A DNA stretch of 64,000 nt, from the NCBI GenBank assembly GCA_032128875.1, contig JAVLKG010000001.1:704001-768000 (forward strand), written 5' to 3'. The notes beneath the pieces are model-generated. The model was not told the DNA's origin and searched no databases. It worked only from the letters and a program-made list of their open reading frames with translations. Shown here one piece after another: positions 39,142-48,945 of this stretch (the first letter of the stretch is position 1; the number at the start of each line of letters is the position of its first letter). This DNA is from Candidatus Melainabacteria bacterium 17Bon1m (GTDB lineage: Bacteria; Cyanobacteriota; Vampirovibrionia; Obscuribacterales; Obscuribacteraceae). The position numbers and the translations under genes are program-made.

Positions 39142-40785
39142 TTAGCTTGCCGGTTCAAGATTGAGTTTTGCCATCAGCGCTTTGCGAACGACCTCACGGT
39201 CATCGAAATGGATGGTCTTGTCAGCGAGGATCTGATAAGTCTCGTGCCCTTTGCCGGCAATCAAGATGACGTCTTTCTCGCTTGCGGCCTCAATTGCCAT
39301 ATGAATGGCTTGGGCGCGATCCGGCTCGACCTGCACGTCTTTCATTCGTTTGATTCCAGCAAGAATGTCCGCGATTATCTGTTGCGGATCTTCGGTTCGC
39401 GGGTTGTCCGAGGTTACGACAAGCTGGTCGGCGAGATTTTCGGCGATTTCGCCCATCTGTGGGCGTTTTGAATTGTCTCTGTCTCCGCCGCAGCCAAAGA
39501 CTACGTAAAGCTTTCCGCCCGCGGGGACGAGCTTTCTGGCTGCTTTGAGAACATTGTCAAGCCCATCCGGGGTGTGGGCATAGTCCACAAGGCAAAGGGG
39601 CTGAGCAAGGCTTTCGTTCTTGGGTCCAGACACTCTGACCAGCTCAAAACGTCCAGCCACACCTTCGAAAGTTTCGATAGCCGCCTTGAGTTCCGAGCGA
39701 TCTATACCTTCGTTTAAGCAGATAGCCAGGGCGGCCATGGCGTTGTAGACATTGAAGACACCGTTCAAACGCAAGTTGATTTCCATAGAACCTGCAGGTG
39801 TAGCCAATTCCAGGCGTGTGCCGTTGAAATCAAAGTCGGCTTTGACGGCGCGAACGTCGGCGGTTTCGTTCCATCCGTAAGTAAGGACGCGGACGGATTT
39901 GTCGAGAGACTTGATGAAGTCCGGAGCCAGCGCGTCATCCAGGTTGATGACTGCAGCTTTCGTATTCTGCACGCTCTCCGACAACTGGCTGAAGAGCAGT
40001 CTTTTCGATTTCCAGTAATGGTCCATTGTCTTGTGGAAATCGAGGTGGTCTTGCGTGATATTGGTCAGGCAGGCTGACGCAAACTGGCAGCCGTCGACTC
40101 TTTTGAGTGCCAGCGCGTGGCTGGAAACTTCCATTGCCACATGGCTCAAACCGCGCGAAACCATCGAAGCAAGCAGTTCTTGCAGGTCCGAGGCTTGCGG
40201 AGTGGTGAATTTCAGATCTTCGTATTGCTTGTCGCCGTCGGCTCTTGTCCAGCGTGCACCAAGCGTGCCAATTAGTCCAACGCGCTTGCCTGCCTTCTCT
40301 AGCAGGTGCTCAACCATGTGGGTTGTCGTAGTTTTGCCGTTGGTGCCGGTCACTCCAATGAGACGGAGTTTCGTGGACGGGCGGTCGAAGAAGTAATCGG
40401 AAGCCTTAGCCAGTGCCAATCTTACATCCGGCACAACAACAAAAGGCGCCGCCAGAGACTTCTCGTCCGATGGGCGCTTTTCAGTAATTATTAGAGCTGC
40501 GCCCTTCTTCAGCGCGTCTTGAATGAAGGCGTTACCATCTTGTTTTTGACCTTCGATGCAAAAGAATGCATCGCCTGGCGCTACAAGACGGGAGTCATAA
40601 CGGACTCCTTTAATCTGATCTGCTTTCTGTGCCTCCGGTCCTGCGTTCAAGACCGAAATTTCGCCCGCGAGGGACGTCTTCAACTGTGAAAGAAAATCAT
40701 CCAGCGGCTTTGCTGCTGGCTCAGTCTGTTGCGTCAACAAGTTATCGCCCGAATTTGAAACTGTAGAGGCAGCTTGCGCTGCCAT
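39142..40785 (-). CDS. murE: UDP-MurNAc-dipeptide--meso-DAP ligase
   Basis: GVTGTNGKTT, MEVSSH, DHLDFH, DYAHTPD, DNPR (DAP specificity) and GKGHE. Confidence 0.96.
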   Translation of the reverse strand: MAAQAASTVSNSGDNLLTQQTEPAAKPLDDFLSQLKTSLAGEISVLNAGPEAQKADQIKGVRYDSRLVAPGDAFFCIEGQKQDGNAFIQDALKKGAALIITEKRPSDEKSLAAPFVVVPDVRLALAKASDYFFDRPSTKLRLIGVTGTNGKTTTTHMVEHLLEKAGKRVGLIGTLGARWTRADGDKQYEDLKFTTPQASDLQELLASMVSRGLSHVAMEVSSHALALKRVDGCQFASACLTNITQDHLDFHKTMDHYWKSKRLLFSQLSESVQNTKAAVINLDDALAPDFIKSLDKSVRVLTYGWNETADVRAVKADFDFNGTRLELATPAGSMEINLRLNGVFNVYNAMAALAICLNEGIDRSELKAAIETFEGVAGRFELVRVSGPKNESLAQPLCLVDYAHTPDGLDNVLKAARKLVPAGGKLYVVFGCGGDRDNSKRPQMGEIAENLADQLVVTSDNPRTEDPQQIIADILAGIKRMKDVQVEPDRAQAIHMAIEAASEKDVILIAGKGHETYQILADKTIHFDDREVVRKALMAKLNLEPAS

Positions 40786-40819
40786 GCTGCGGGAGCCGTC
40801 GGCTCCACTACATCAATAT

Positions 40820-41071
40820 CTATACAGGGTAAACGGAGATAAGTTGACGTCCGCGTTGTGCTTCGAATTTGACCACGCCGTCAGCAACTGCGTAGAGCGA
40901 ATCGTCTCCGGCTACTCTGACGTTGGCGCCTGGATGAAAGCGGGTTCCGCGTTGTCTGACGAGAATGTTGCCGGCAGTTACCAATTCGCCGCCGTATCTC
41001 TTCACACCAAGGCGCTTGGGCTGACTATCGCGCCCGTTTCTTGTCGAACCTGCCCCTTTTTTATGTGCCAT
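40820..41071 (-). CDS. rpmA: 50S ribosomal protein L27
   Basis: [24 protein letters not shown]. Confidence 0.98.
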   Translation of the reverse strand: MAHKKGAGSTRNGRDSQPKRLGVKRYGGELVTAGNILVRQRGTRFHPGANVRVAGDDSLYAVADGVVKFEAQRGRQLISVYPV

Positions 41072-41118
41072 GACAAATCACCTTTGTTATGTGTCCTAAT
41101 CAACTTCGCTCGAAGTGA

Positions 41119-41574
41119 TTACTCTGCTTTCTTCTTAGCTGCTGGTTTTTCTGCTGCTTTTGCCTTTGCTTCTTTCTTCGGCTCGGCTTTAGCTTTTGCC
41201 TCTTTCTTAGGCTCTGCTTTGGCTTTCTTCGATTGTTCGTCAGCTTTGGCAAGTTCCTTATCGTTCAATTTGATCGACTCAATAAGGATGCGTGTGTAGT
41301 GTTGGCGGTGACCCTGTTTCTTACGGGTGCCTTTCTTTGGCTTCATGTGATAGACGATGATCTTCTTGTTCTTGTCGTGACCAAGAATTTTGCCTTCCAC
41401 TTTGGCGCCTTCGATGAAAGGCTTGCCGACTGTGGACTTATCGCCATCTACGAGCATCAAAACGCGCTCAAATACAAATTTGTCGCCAGCCTTGCCGTCA
41501 GTCAAATCGACGTCTACAAAGCGGCCCGCTTCCAATTGAAATTGCCTTCCCGAGGCTTCTACGATGGCAAACAT
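41119..41574 (-). CDS. rplU: 50S ribosomal protein L21 with Lys/Ala-rich tail
   Basis: MFAIVEASGRQ..KKQGHRQHYT; RBS ggag before ATG 41574. Confidence 0.97.
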   Translation of the reverse strand: MFAIVEASGRQFQLEAGRFVDVDLTDGKAGDKFVFERVLMLVDGDKSTVGKPFIEGAKVEGKILGHDKNKKIIVYHMKPKKGTRKKQGHRQHYTRILIESIKLNDKELAKADEQSKKAKAEPKKEAKAKAEPKKEAKAKAAEKPAAKKKAE

Positions 41575-41705
41575 TGTCGTCTCCAAATCTTGTACTCGTT
41601 AGCTAGTGTCCGAAAGGACCCGCTAATGCGCTGAATAAAATGTCGCCCCAACATTTAAGTGGGCGTAACGCCGTGTGCCCCATTCGGGGACTCGGGCGAC
41701 TGGCA

Positions 41706-41735
41706 ATAGTACCAAATATAAATTGTGTCGTCCAA
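41706..41735 (-). promoter_or_regulatory. Putative sigma70 promoter of rplU-rpmA
   Basis: Minus strand TTGGAC-18 nt-TACTAT with extended -10 TG. Confidence 0.6.
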
Positions 41736-41954
41736 ACATACGTAAATTGTCTTAAGCTTTATGTGATGGACTGTTGCGTGAGGACTGGCGCATTCTTGTG
41801 AGGCGGTAGGGAGAAAACCAGTCAGGGGCTGGTTCTTGGCAGGTTTTGGAAAAAACCGGAAACGTCGCATAATGAAAGGGTTTTCACCAGCCCATCTTAA
41901 TAAACAGACTCCGCCCGGCGATAGACTTTAGGTAGGTAAGAGGACGGGACACCA

Positions 41955-42164
41955 ATGAGCGAAGGCAACGAAGCCGAACTGGGCAGAAGCAAGTACGGTT
42001 CAACCCCGCAGGAGCACTTGCGGCACCTTTTAACGATTGGATGGAGTACAAAAAGTCCCCTAATACTTAAGTACGTTGCCGAGAATCGGCTGCAGCGAGA
42101 GCTTTCTGAATGGCAAGAGCTCGAGATTGCAGCTCCCGCGGCCAAAACGTCATCCAAGAAATAA
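41955..42164 (+). CDS. Small hypothetical protein (69 aa)
   Basis: ATG with purine-rich upstream sequence; fills the intergenic gap; no motif recognised. Confidence 0.6.
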   Translation: MSEGNEAELGRSKYGSTPQEHLRHLLTIGWSTKSPLILKYVAENRLQRELSEWQELEIAAPAAKTSSKK

Positions 42165-42278
42165 AGAGTGAAATTGCATCAATAATTGTGCAATTTCCAT
42201 TAAACATTTTAAGGATCTCGGCAGATGCTAATAAAATTGCCGGACTGATTCCCAAGCTTTTTTGGAGTGATTGCGTCT

Positions 42279-42818
42279 ATGTTGCAAGTTGGAAAAAGAG
42301 CTCCCGACTTTGATATGCCCTCGACCAAGGACATGAAAGGTCTCAAAGAGAACGTACGTTTGGCCGATTACAAAGGCAAATGGCTCGTCGTTTTCTTCTA
42401 CCCCCTGGATTTCACGTTCGTTTGCCCGACTGAAATCACCGCATTTGATAAGAGATACGACGAGTTCAAGAAAGCCGGCGCTGAAATCCTGGCTATCTCG
42501 ACCGACAGCGTATACAGCCACCGCGCTTGGATCCAAACCCCTGAAGACAAAGGCGGACTGGGCCCAATCAAGTTCGTATTGGCTTCCGACATCACCAAAG
42601 ATGTTAGCCGCGACTTCGGCGTATTGATGGAAGACAAAGGCATCGCATTGCGCGGCCTCTTCATCATCGATCCAGATGGCAACCTCCAATATCAAGTTGT
42701 CCACAGCCTCAACATCGGACGTTCGGTTGACGAAACTTTGAGAGTTCTCGAAGCACTCAAGACCGGCGGACTTTGCGGCGCTGACTGGAAGCCAGGCCAA
42801 AAGCCCCTCACCGTTTAA
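42279..42818 (+). CDS. ahpC: 2-Cys peroxiredoxin (AhpC family, Bacillus YkuU/AhpA-like)
   Basis: FFYPLDFTFVCPTE, ALRGLFIIDP and GRSVDETLRVL..GGLC.ADWKPG. Confidence 0.93.
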   Translation: MLQVGKRAPDFDMPSTKDMKGLKENVRLADYKGKWLVVFFYPLDFTFVCPTEITAFDKRYDEFKKAGAEILAISTDSVYSHRAWIQTPEDKGGLGPIKFVLASDITKDVSRDFGVLMEDKGIALRGLFIIDPDGNLQYQVVHSLNIGRSVDETLRVLEALKTGGLCGADWKPGQKPLTV

Positions 42819-42840
42819 TCACGGCGAGCCGAAAAATTTA

Positions 42841-42873
42841 CGGACCGCTCCTTTTGGGGCGGTCTGTTTTTTT
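42841..42873 (+). terminator. Intrinsic terminator
   Basis: cggaccgctcc-tttt-ggggcggtctg followed by T7. Confidence 0.85.
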
Positions 42874-43049
42874 GCAACATCTGCCGAGAATGGCTTCGCA
42901 ACAGTTAAATTACCTGCGACTTCTGCACTTGGAGCGATACAATAATCATTCGTAATCTGATGTGGTGGGCACGAGTTTCCCATTTGCATCGAGGGTCTGT
43001 CACTAGCCGTGCACACCCGAGTCCGAGCTAAGACCTAAAGGAGGTTCTG

Positions 43050-43529
43050 ATGCCACTTCGTATGGACGCTGCCCTGCCTTCGATTGAAGGCGGTACCGAG
43101 TGGTTTAACAGCCCACCGATCAAGAATGATGAGTTGAAAGGTGTTCCTGTACTTATCCATTTCTGGGCAATCAGCTGCGGCATTTGCAAAGAATCTCTGC
43201 CGGAAATTTCCGGTTGGCTCGACAAATACGGCAGCAAAGGTTTGAAGATAGTATCCGTGCACATGCCAAGGCAAGAATCGGATACCAACATTGATGCGGT
43301 CAAAGAAGCCATCAATGAGTACGAAGTGAAACAACCTTGCGTTGTAGACAACTGGCATGAAATCACTGACGGTTTTGAAAACAAGTACGTCCCCGCGTTC
43401 TACCTTTTTGATGAAGAAGGAAAAATGCGTCAATTCAATGCTGGCGAGAAAGCAGCCAAGCTCGTCGAATCGGCAATCGAAAGAGTAATCAACGCATACA
43501 CCGAGAAAAAAGAAGGCGCCAAAGCCTAG
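43050..43529 (+). CDS. Thiol-disulfide oxidoreductase, TlpA family (YkuV/AhpT-like)
   Basis: LIHFWAISCGICKE, VHMPR and FENKYVPAFY; RBS aaggagg. Confidence 0.88.
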   Translation: MPLRMDAALPSIEGGTEWFNSPPIKNDELKGVPVLIHFWAISCGICKESLPEISGWLDKYGSKGLKIVSVHMPRQESDTNIDAVKEAINEYEVKQPCVVDNWHEITDGFENKYVPAFYLFDEEGKMRQFNAGEKAAKLVESAIERVINAYTEKKEGAKA

Positions 43530-43602
43530 AGCTGAAGGCGAAAGCTGAAGCAAGACGGTTTGCAATTGGTAAACGCGAAAAAACAAAATTTGAGGGACGC
43601 TC

Positions 43603-44886
43603 ATGTCTACAACATCAGTGGTAAGCCGTTCGAAACAACTGGCAACCAGAGCTGAAGCGGTTATCCCAGGTGGAGTCAATTCACCTGCTCGTGCGCTGAA
43701 AGCAGTCGGTGCAGATCCAATCTATTTTGATCGTGGAGACGGACCTTATCTATTTGATGTAGATGGAAACCGCTTTATCGATTACGTTGGCTCATGGGGA
43801 CCGATGATCCTTGGTCATTGCCACCCGAGAGTGCTCGAAGCAATTGAGTCTACGGTTGCTCACGGAACCAGTTTTGGTGCGCCTTGCCGCCAAGAAGTAG
43901 AGATGGCTGAATTGGTATGCCAGCTCATTCCTTCAATCGAAATGGTGCGCATGGTCAACTCCGGCACGGAAGCAACCATGTCGGCAATCCGCGTGGCAAG
44001 AGCTTTCACTAAGCGTGACATTATCGTCAAATTCGAAGGTTGCTATCACGGTCACGGTGATTCGTTCCTCGCAAAGGCCGGCTCCGGATTAGCTACACTC
44101 GGCATCAGCAGCTGCCCGGGCGTTCCAGAAGAAGCGACCAAGCTGACCATCACTATTCCGTTTAATGATCTCGATGCAGTCAAAAAAGTTTTCAAAGAAC
44201 ACAGCAAAGAAATTGCTGCTGTAATTTTGGAACCTGTTGTCGGCAATGCAGGGCTGATTCTTCCTCAAGATGGTTTCCTCAAAGGCTTGAGAGATATCAC
44301 TGAGAAAGAAGGCGCTCTCTTGATCTTTGACGAAGTAATGACTGGCTTCAGAGTTGCCCTTGGTGGCGCTCAAGCGAGATATGAGATCAAGCCTGACCTC
44401 ACCACTCTAGGCAAAATCATCGGTGGTGGACTACCTGTAGGCGCATACGGCGGACGCAAGGACATCATGAAAATGATTGCCCCAAGCGGTTCTGTCTATC
44501 AAGCAGGTACGCTGTCCGGCAACCCGCTCGCCATGGCAGCAGGCCTTGCTCAACTAAAGATGCTTCAACAACCGGAGACATACGTAAAGCTCAACAACAA
44601 AACTGAGCTTCTCGCAAAAGGTCTCACTGCACTCGCTGAAAAGAAAGGCGGCATGAGAGTCGCTCATATCACCGGTATGATCACCCTCTTCTTCACTGAT
44701 AAAGAAGTCGTTGATTTTGAAACGGCGAAGAAGAGCGACACTGACAAGTTCGCCAAAGTCTGGCGCAAACTTGCGGAGAAGGGCATTTACTGGCCGCCAT
44801 CGCAGTTTGAAGCAGCATTCGTTTCGACAGTGCATTCGACTAAGGACATCGAGGAAACGCTCAAAGCCTTCGAAGAATCAGTGTAG
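43603..44886 (+). CDS. hemL: Glutamate-1-semialdehyde 2,1-aminomutase
   Basis: PGGVNSP, NSGTEATMSA, FEGCYHGH, FDEVMTGFR, GKIIGGGLP and YQAGTLSGNP. Confidence 0.97.
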   Translation: MSTTSVVSRSKQLATRAEAVIPGGVNSPARALKAVGADPIYFDRGDGPYLFDVDGNRFIDYVGSWGPMILGHCHPRVLEAIESTVAHGTSFGAPCRQEVEMAELVCQLIPSIEMVRMVNSGTEATMSAIRVARAFTKRDIIVKFEGCYHGHGDSFLAKAGSGLATLGISSCPGVPEEATKLTITIPFNDLDAVKKVFKEHSKEIAAVILEPVVGNAGLILPQDGFLKGLRDITEKEGALLIFDEVMTGFRVALGGAQARYEIKPDLTTLGKIIGGGLPVGAYGGRKDIMKMIAPSGSVYQAGTLSGNPLAMAAGLAQLKMLQQPETYVKLNNKTELLAKGLTALAEKKGGMRVAHITGMITLFFTDKEVVDFETAKKSDTDKFAKVWRKLAEKGIYWPPSQFEAAFVSTVHSTKDIEETLKAFEESV

Positions 44887-44888
44887 TT

Positions 44889-45650
44889 TCAGCGATTCGA
44901 TTTGGTTTCAATTTCTGTGAGATGACCTTCTTTGCCTGCTCTCGCGTAGGCGAGTGTGATGGCGTTGACACTTAGAGCGCCGCTGTTCAGTAGCTCTCCG
45001 GCGCAAGCGGACAGAGTCGCTCCTGATGTGAGCAGGTCATCGACAAGGATGATGTGCTGACCTTCGCAGTATTTTTTGCTTGCTTGAAATGCGTCTTGAA
45101 CGTTTGCTTTTCTCTCCTGTTTTTTCAACTGATGTTGAGTTGCTGTTGCCTTTGTTCGTGTCAGCAAACGGGAATCAATACGAATGTCATGCTTGTATGC
45201 GACCGGGTTTGCTAATAGCTCCGCCTGGTTGAAACCACGCTTTACCATACGCCTCCAGTGCAAAGGAACCGGCACGAGAATGCAGTCTTTCACTCTAACC
45301 ATTTTGCTCAAGTCGTCCAGCGCCTGGTCGAGAAAGATCGAAAGATCTTCCGTGACAAGCCGGTCGTCATCATATTTTAAATGATAGAGCATCTTCTTGA
45401 GTGGACCGTGATAAGGTAAACGGCTTGCCACCAAAAGTGGTGCCATATCCTCTATGTTTACGATCTTCAGCAGCGATGGTTCAAGTTCTAGTTTGAAAAA
45501 ACAGCTGTCGCACAAAGTCGTTCGGTTTAACTCTTTCCAGCGTTTGGGACCACTGAGAAAGCCGACCAAATCAACCTTCAGCTCTTCACTGCAGACACGA
45601 CATTTTTCTTGGCACAGTGCGAATGAAAACGCATTGAATAACGCCTGCAC
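44889..45650 (-). CDS. comF: ComF family (Zn-ribbon + phosphoribosyltransferase-like) protein
   Basis: CRVC..CDSC, PVPLH, RGFNQA and LVDDLLTSGATL. Confidence 0.88.
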   Translation of the reverse strand: MQALFNAFSFALCQEKCRVCSEELKVDLVGFLSGPKRWKELNRTTLCDSCFFKLELEPSLLKIVNIEDMAPLLVASRLPYHGPLKKMLYHLKYDDDRLVTEDLSIFLDQALDDLSKMVRVKDCILVPVPLHWRRMVKRGFNQAELLANPVAYKHDIRIDSRLLTRTKATATQHQLKKQERKANVQDAFQASKKYCEGQHIILVDDLLTSGATLSACAGELLNSGALSVNAITLAYARAGKEGHLTEIETKSNR

Positions 45651-45860
45651 AAAATCACCTCCCTTTGAAGGATGGTTTTCTAGTTCAGTTTTGTATTTCC
45701 GTAGGGACAGAATTTGGGGACAAGTTATTAGACGAGCCGCCCAAACAAAAAGTTCAATCGCTATAAATCATTTTCGCGATTTACATTAGTTACTGAAAAA
45801 CCGGGCGAAAACCCAAACAGGGGCTAAGATAAGGCGTTTGAATCCTCGACTCGGCAACCG

Positions 45861-47186
45861 GTGACCATCATGCAAACAAGCACAGTCGACCAGGCAACTA
45901 AAGATTTGATTCGGCAAGCGGAAAAATCGCTTGCTGAACAATTTGAGTTTGTCGACGAGACCGCTTTGCAAAATCAGAGAAAAGTCCTCGATGCTTTTCG
46001 CAATCACAAACTGACCGAAGAGCACTTTGCTGAGAAGACTGGTTACGGAATTGACGATGCCGGCAGGGAGGCGCTCGATTCCATATTTGCCGAAGTTTTC
46101 AACGCGCCTGCCGCCGCTGTGAGAATGCAGGTGGTTTCAGGCACGCACGCACTGGCGCTGTGTCTTTATGGATGCCTTAAGCCTGGTGATAGGCTCGTCA
46201 GTATCACCGGCGCTCCATATGACACGTTGCAGCAGGTGATTGGTATTGCCGGGGACGGACGAGGTTCGCTCAAAGAGCTTGGTGTCTCCTATGCCGAAAT
46301 CGATATTGACCCCGCTCTATTAAATGTCTCGAACTATCACGCAGCCGGCATCGATGCACAGGTAGCGGCAGCCAGGGTTTTGGACCTTCAAAAACTTTTG
46401 GAAGCACCTACCAAATTGGTAACTATTCAGAAGTCTTGTGGTTATTCGTTCGATAGGCGCACGCTTTCCAACGAAGAAATCGGCAAAATGATAGCGTTGG
46501 TGAAGGCTACAAACCCGGATGTATTGGTCATGGTCGACAATTGCTACGGCGAGTTCGTCGAAGCTACGGAGCCGACAAGCCACGGTGCCGACATCATCGC
46601 CGGTTCTCTAATTAAGAACCCTGGCGGCGGTCTGGCTATATCTGGTGGCTATATTGCTGGTCGAGAAGATCTCATCGACTCTGCCCTGTTCCGCCTGACC
46701 GCGCCAGGCATTGGCGGTCACCAGGGGGTTAGCTTCAACCAAAACCGGCTCCTGTTCCAGGGATTGTTCCTCGCGCCCTCCGTAGTTGCCTCGGCGGTAA
46801 AAGGCGCAATGCTGTCTGCACTGGTCTTTAGCGACCTGGGTATGGATGTGAAGCCTGCCGCCACGGACAGAAGATTCGACATCATTCAAGCCATCAAGTT
46901 CGGAAACCGCCAGAAATTGGTCAATTTCTGTCGCGCCATTCAGTATTTCTCGCCCGTCAATGCTCACGTTTCGCCTGAGCCAGCTGAAATGCCCGGATAT
47001 GAAGATCAGGTGGTAATGGCAGGGGGCACTTTTGTTGAAGGTTCAACTATCGAACTGTCAGCAGATGGTCCACTTCGAGAGCCCTATGCTGCCTTTTTGC
47101 AGGGCGGCCTTACATATCTCCATATTAAGTGCATGCTAGAAGGGGCTATAACCCGCAGCAGGAGCGGCGAACTGCCATTTGTGTAG
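45861..47186 (+). CDS. Methionine gamma-lyase family PLP enzyme (YnbB/aluminium-resistance type)
   Basis: TGYG.DD.GR, VSGTHA, VDNCYGEF, GSLIKNPGGG, MAGGTFVEGS and ELSADGP. Confidence 0.88.
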   Translation: MTIMQTSTVDQATKDLIRQAEKSLAEQFEFVDETALQNQRKVLDAFRNHKLTEEHFAEKTGYGIDDAGREALDSIFAEVFNAPAAAVRMQVVSGTHALALCLYGCLKPGDRLVSITGAPYDTLQQVIGIAGDGRGSLKELGVSYAEIDIDPALLNVSNYHAAGIDAQVAAARVLDLQKLLEAPTKLVTIQKSCGYSFDRRTLSNEEIGKMIALVKATNPDVLVMVDNCYGEFVEATEPTSHGADIIAGSLIKNPGGGLAISGGYIAGREDLIDSALFRLTAPGIGGHQGVSFNQNRLLFQGLFLAPSVVASAVKGAMLSALVFSDLGMDVKPAATDRRFDIIQAIKFGNRQKLVNFCRAIQYFSPVNAHVSPEPAEMPGYEDQVVMAGGTFVEGSTIELSADGPLREPYAAFLQGGLTYLHIKCMLEGAITRSRSGELPFV

Positions 47187-47277
47187 TGGGTAAATGTTTG
47201 CTTATCGCCTTTTCTAATCCCCTTTTCTTCTTTAGAATTAGAGTCTGAACTTCGCAAGTCGGTTGGAGGAGTCACTC

Positions 47278-48285
47278 TTGGTTGCTCAAATACGAAATAG
47301 AGCCAGTCTTTCGGTAGGCGTAAGCAGAGCGCAGGAGACAAGCGGACATTTTGACCTGAAGATTCTGTCCGGCACTGCCAACCCTGAACTCGCCAGAGAA
47401 GTCGCTGAGTATCTGGAACTGAGCGTCTCTCCGGTCAAAATTCAACCATTCTCTGATGGCGAGATATATGTGCAGCTCCAGGAGAGCGTGCGCGGCGTTG
47501 ATTGCTTCGTTGTGCAATCGACTTGTTCGCCGGTGAATGAAAATCTGATGGAACTGCTCATTATGCTTGATGCGCTGAAGAGAGCATCGGCAGGCAGAAT
47601 TACCGTCGTCATGCCTTATTTCGGATACGCTCGCCAAGACAGAAAGGCGGCTGGTCGCGAAGCCATCACAGCCAAGCTGGTGGCAGACCTACTCACCACG
47701 GCAGGTGCAGACCGCGTTGTGGCGCTGGACTTGCATGCACCGCAAATCATGGGCTTCTTCAATATCCTGGTTGACCACCTCTATGGCAGCCCGGTCTTGA
47801 TTGATTACATGAATTCGCTCGATCTCAAAGATATCGTTCTCGTCAGCCCCGACGTCGGTGGTGTGGCAAGAGCACGTGCATTCGCGAAGAAGTTGAACGA
47901 TTCACCTCTCGCCATCATCGACAAGCGCCGCACAAAGCACAACGAAGCCGAGTCACTCAGCCTTGTTGGTGACGTCAAAGGCAGAACGGCGATCATGGTA
48001 GACGATATGGTCGACACCGCAGGCACTCTAGTCAAAGGCGCTGAGTTGCTCAGAAGAGAAGGTGCCAAGTCGATTATTGCTTGCTCGACGCACGCCGTCC
48101 TTTCTGGTCCTGCCAACAAGCGTCTCGAAGAATCATGCATCGAGAAGCTCATCGTGACCAACTCTATCCCTCACGATCCAACCAAGATCTCCAAGAAGAT
48201 TATTCAAGTCAGCGTTGCCAAACTACTCGGCGAAGCGATTGCGCGGATTCACGACGATTCTTCCGTCAGTGAATTGTTCGAGTAG
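47278..48285 (+). CDS. prs: Ribose-phosphate pyrophosphokinase
   Basis: FSDGE, PYFGYARQDRK, DLHAPQI, SPDVGG and VDDMVDTAGT; RBS ggagg before TTG 47278. Confidence 0.97.
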   Translation: MVAQIRNRASLSVGVSRAQETSGHFDLKILSGTANPELAREVAEYLELSVSPVKIQPFSDGEIYVQLQESVRGVDCFVVQSTCSPVNENLMELLIMLDALKRASAGRITVVMPYFGYARQDRKAAGREAITAKLVADLLTTAGADRVVALDLHAPQIMGFFNILVDHLYGSPVLIDYMNSLDLKDIVLVSPDVGGVARARAFAKKLNDSPLAIIDKRRTKHNEAESLSLVGDVKGRTAIMVDDMVDTAGTLVKGAELLRREGAKSIIACSTHAVLSGPANKRLEESCIEKLIVTNSIPHDPTKISKKIIQVSVAKLLGEAIARIHDDSSVSELFE

Positions 48286-48303
48286 TTCTGGGTTAACGAC
48301 GCG

Positions 48304-48933
48304 ATGATTCTTGAAACATTTCCAGCGGGTCCTTTGCAGTGCAACTGTTCGATCATCGCTTGCCCTGAGACAAAGGAGGCAATCGTTGTCGACCCGGGCG
48401 GCGATGTTCAGAAGATCATTGATCGTCTCAACAAGCAAGGACTGACGGTCAAATACCTGCTGCATACTCATGCGCACTTCGATCACATCATGGGTTCAAG
48501 AGAACTCAAAGAAAAGACCGGCGCGAAGATTTGCCTGCACGAAGGTGATCAGTGGCTGTACGACAACTTGCAGAAGCAATGCGGATTATTCGGCTTCAAA
48601 GCCACAGACACGCTTCCTGTCGACCACTACTTGCAAGATGAAGAAGAGGTCAAAGTAGGAAATCTCAAAACGACTGTAATCCACACTCCCGGTCACACGC
48701 CCGGCAGTTTATGTTTTTCAGTCAAAGAAAAAGAAAGCACCTTGTTTTCGGGCGACACCCTCTTTCAGCGTTCTATCGGCAGAACTGACCTCTGGGGTGG
48801 TTCGTTCGACGAAATCATCAAGTCGATTTCGCAACGCCTTTTCGTTCTCGATGACTCGACAAATGTGATTCCGGGACACGGGCCAAACACCGACATCTGG
48901 TCAGAGAAGCGCGAGAATCCATTCGTTCACTAG
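48304..48933 (+). CDS. MBL-fold metallo-hydrolase (glyoxalase II-like)
   Basis: THAHFDH, HTPGHTPG, SGDTLF, GRTDL and PGHG. Confidence 0.92.
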   Translation: MILETFPAGPLQCNCSIIACPETKEAIVVDPGGDVQKIIDRLNKQGLTVKYLLHTHAHFDHIMGSRELKEKTGAKICLHEGDQWLYDNLQKQCGLFGFKATDTLPVDHYLQDEEEVKVGNLKTTVIHTPGHTPGSLCFSVKEKESTLFSGDTLFQRSIGRTDLWGGSFDEIIKSISQRLFVLDDSTNVIPGHGPNTDIWSEKRENPFVH

Positions 48934-48945
48934 TTAAAGACTAGT

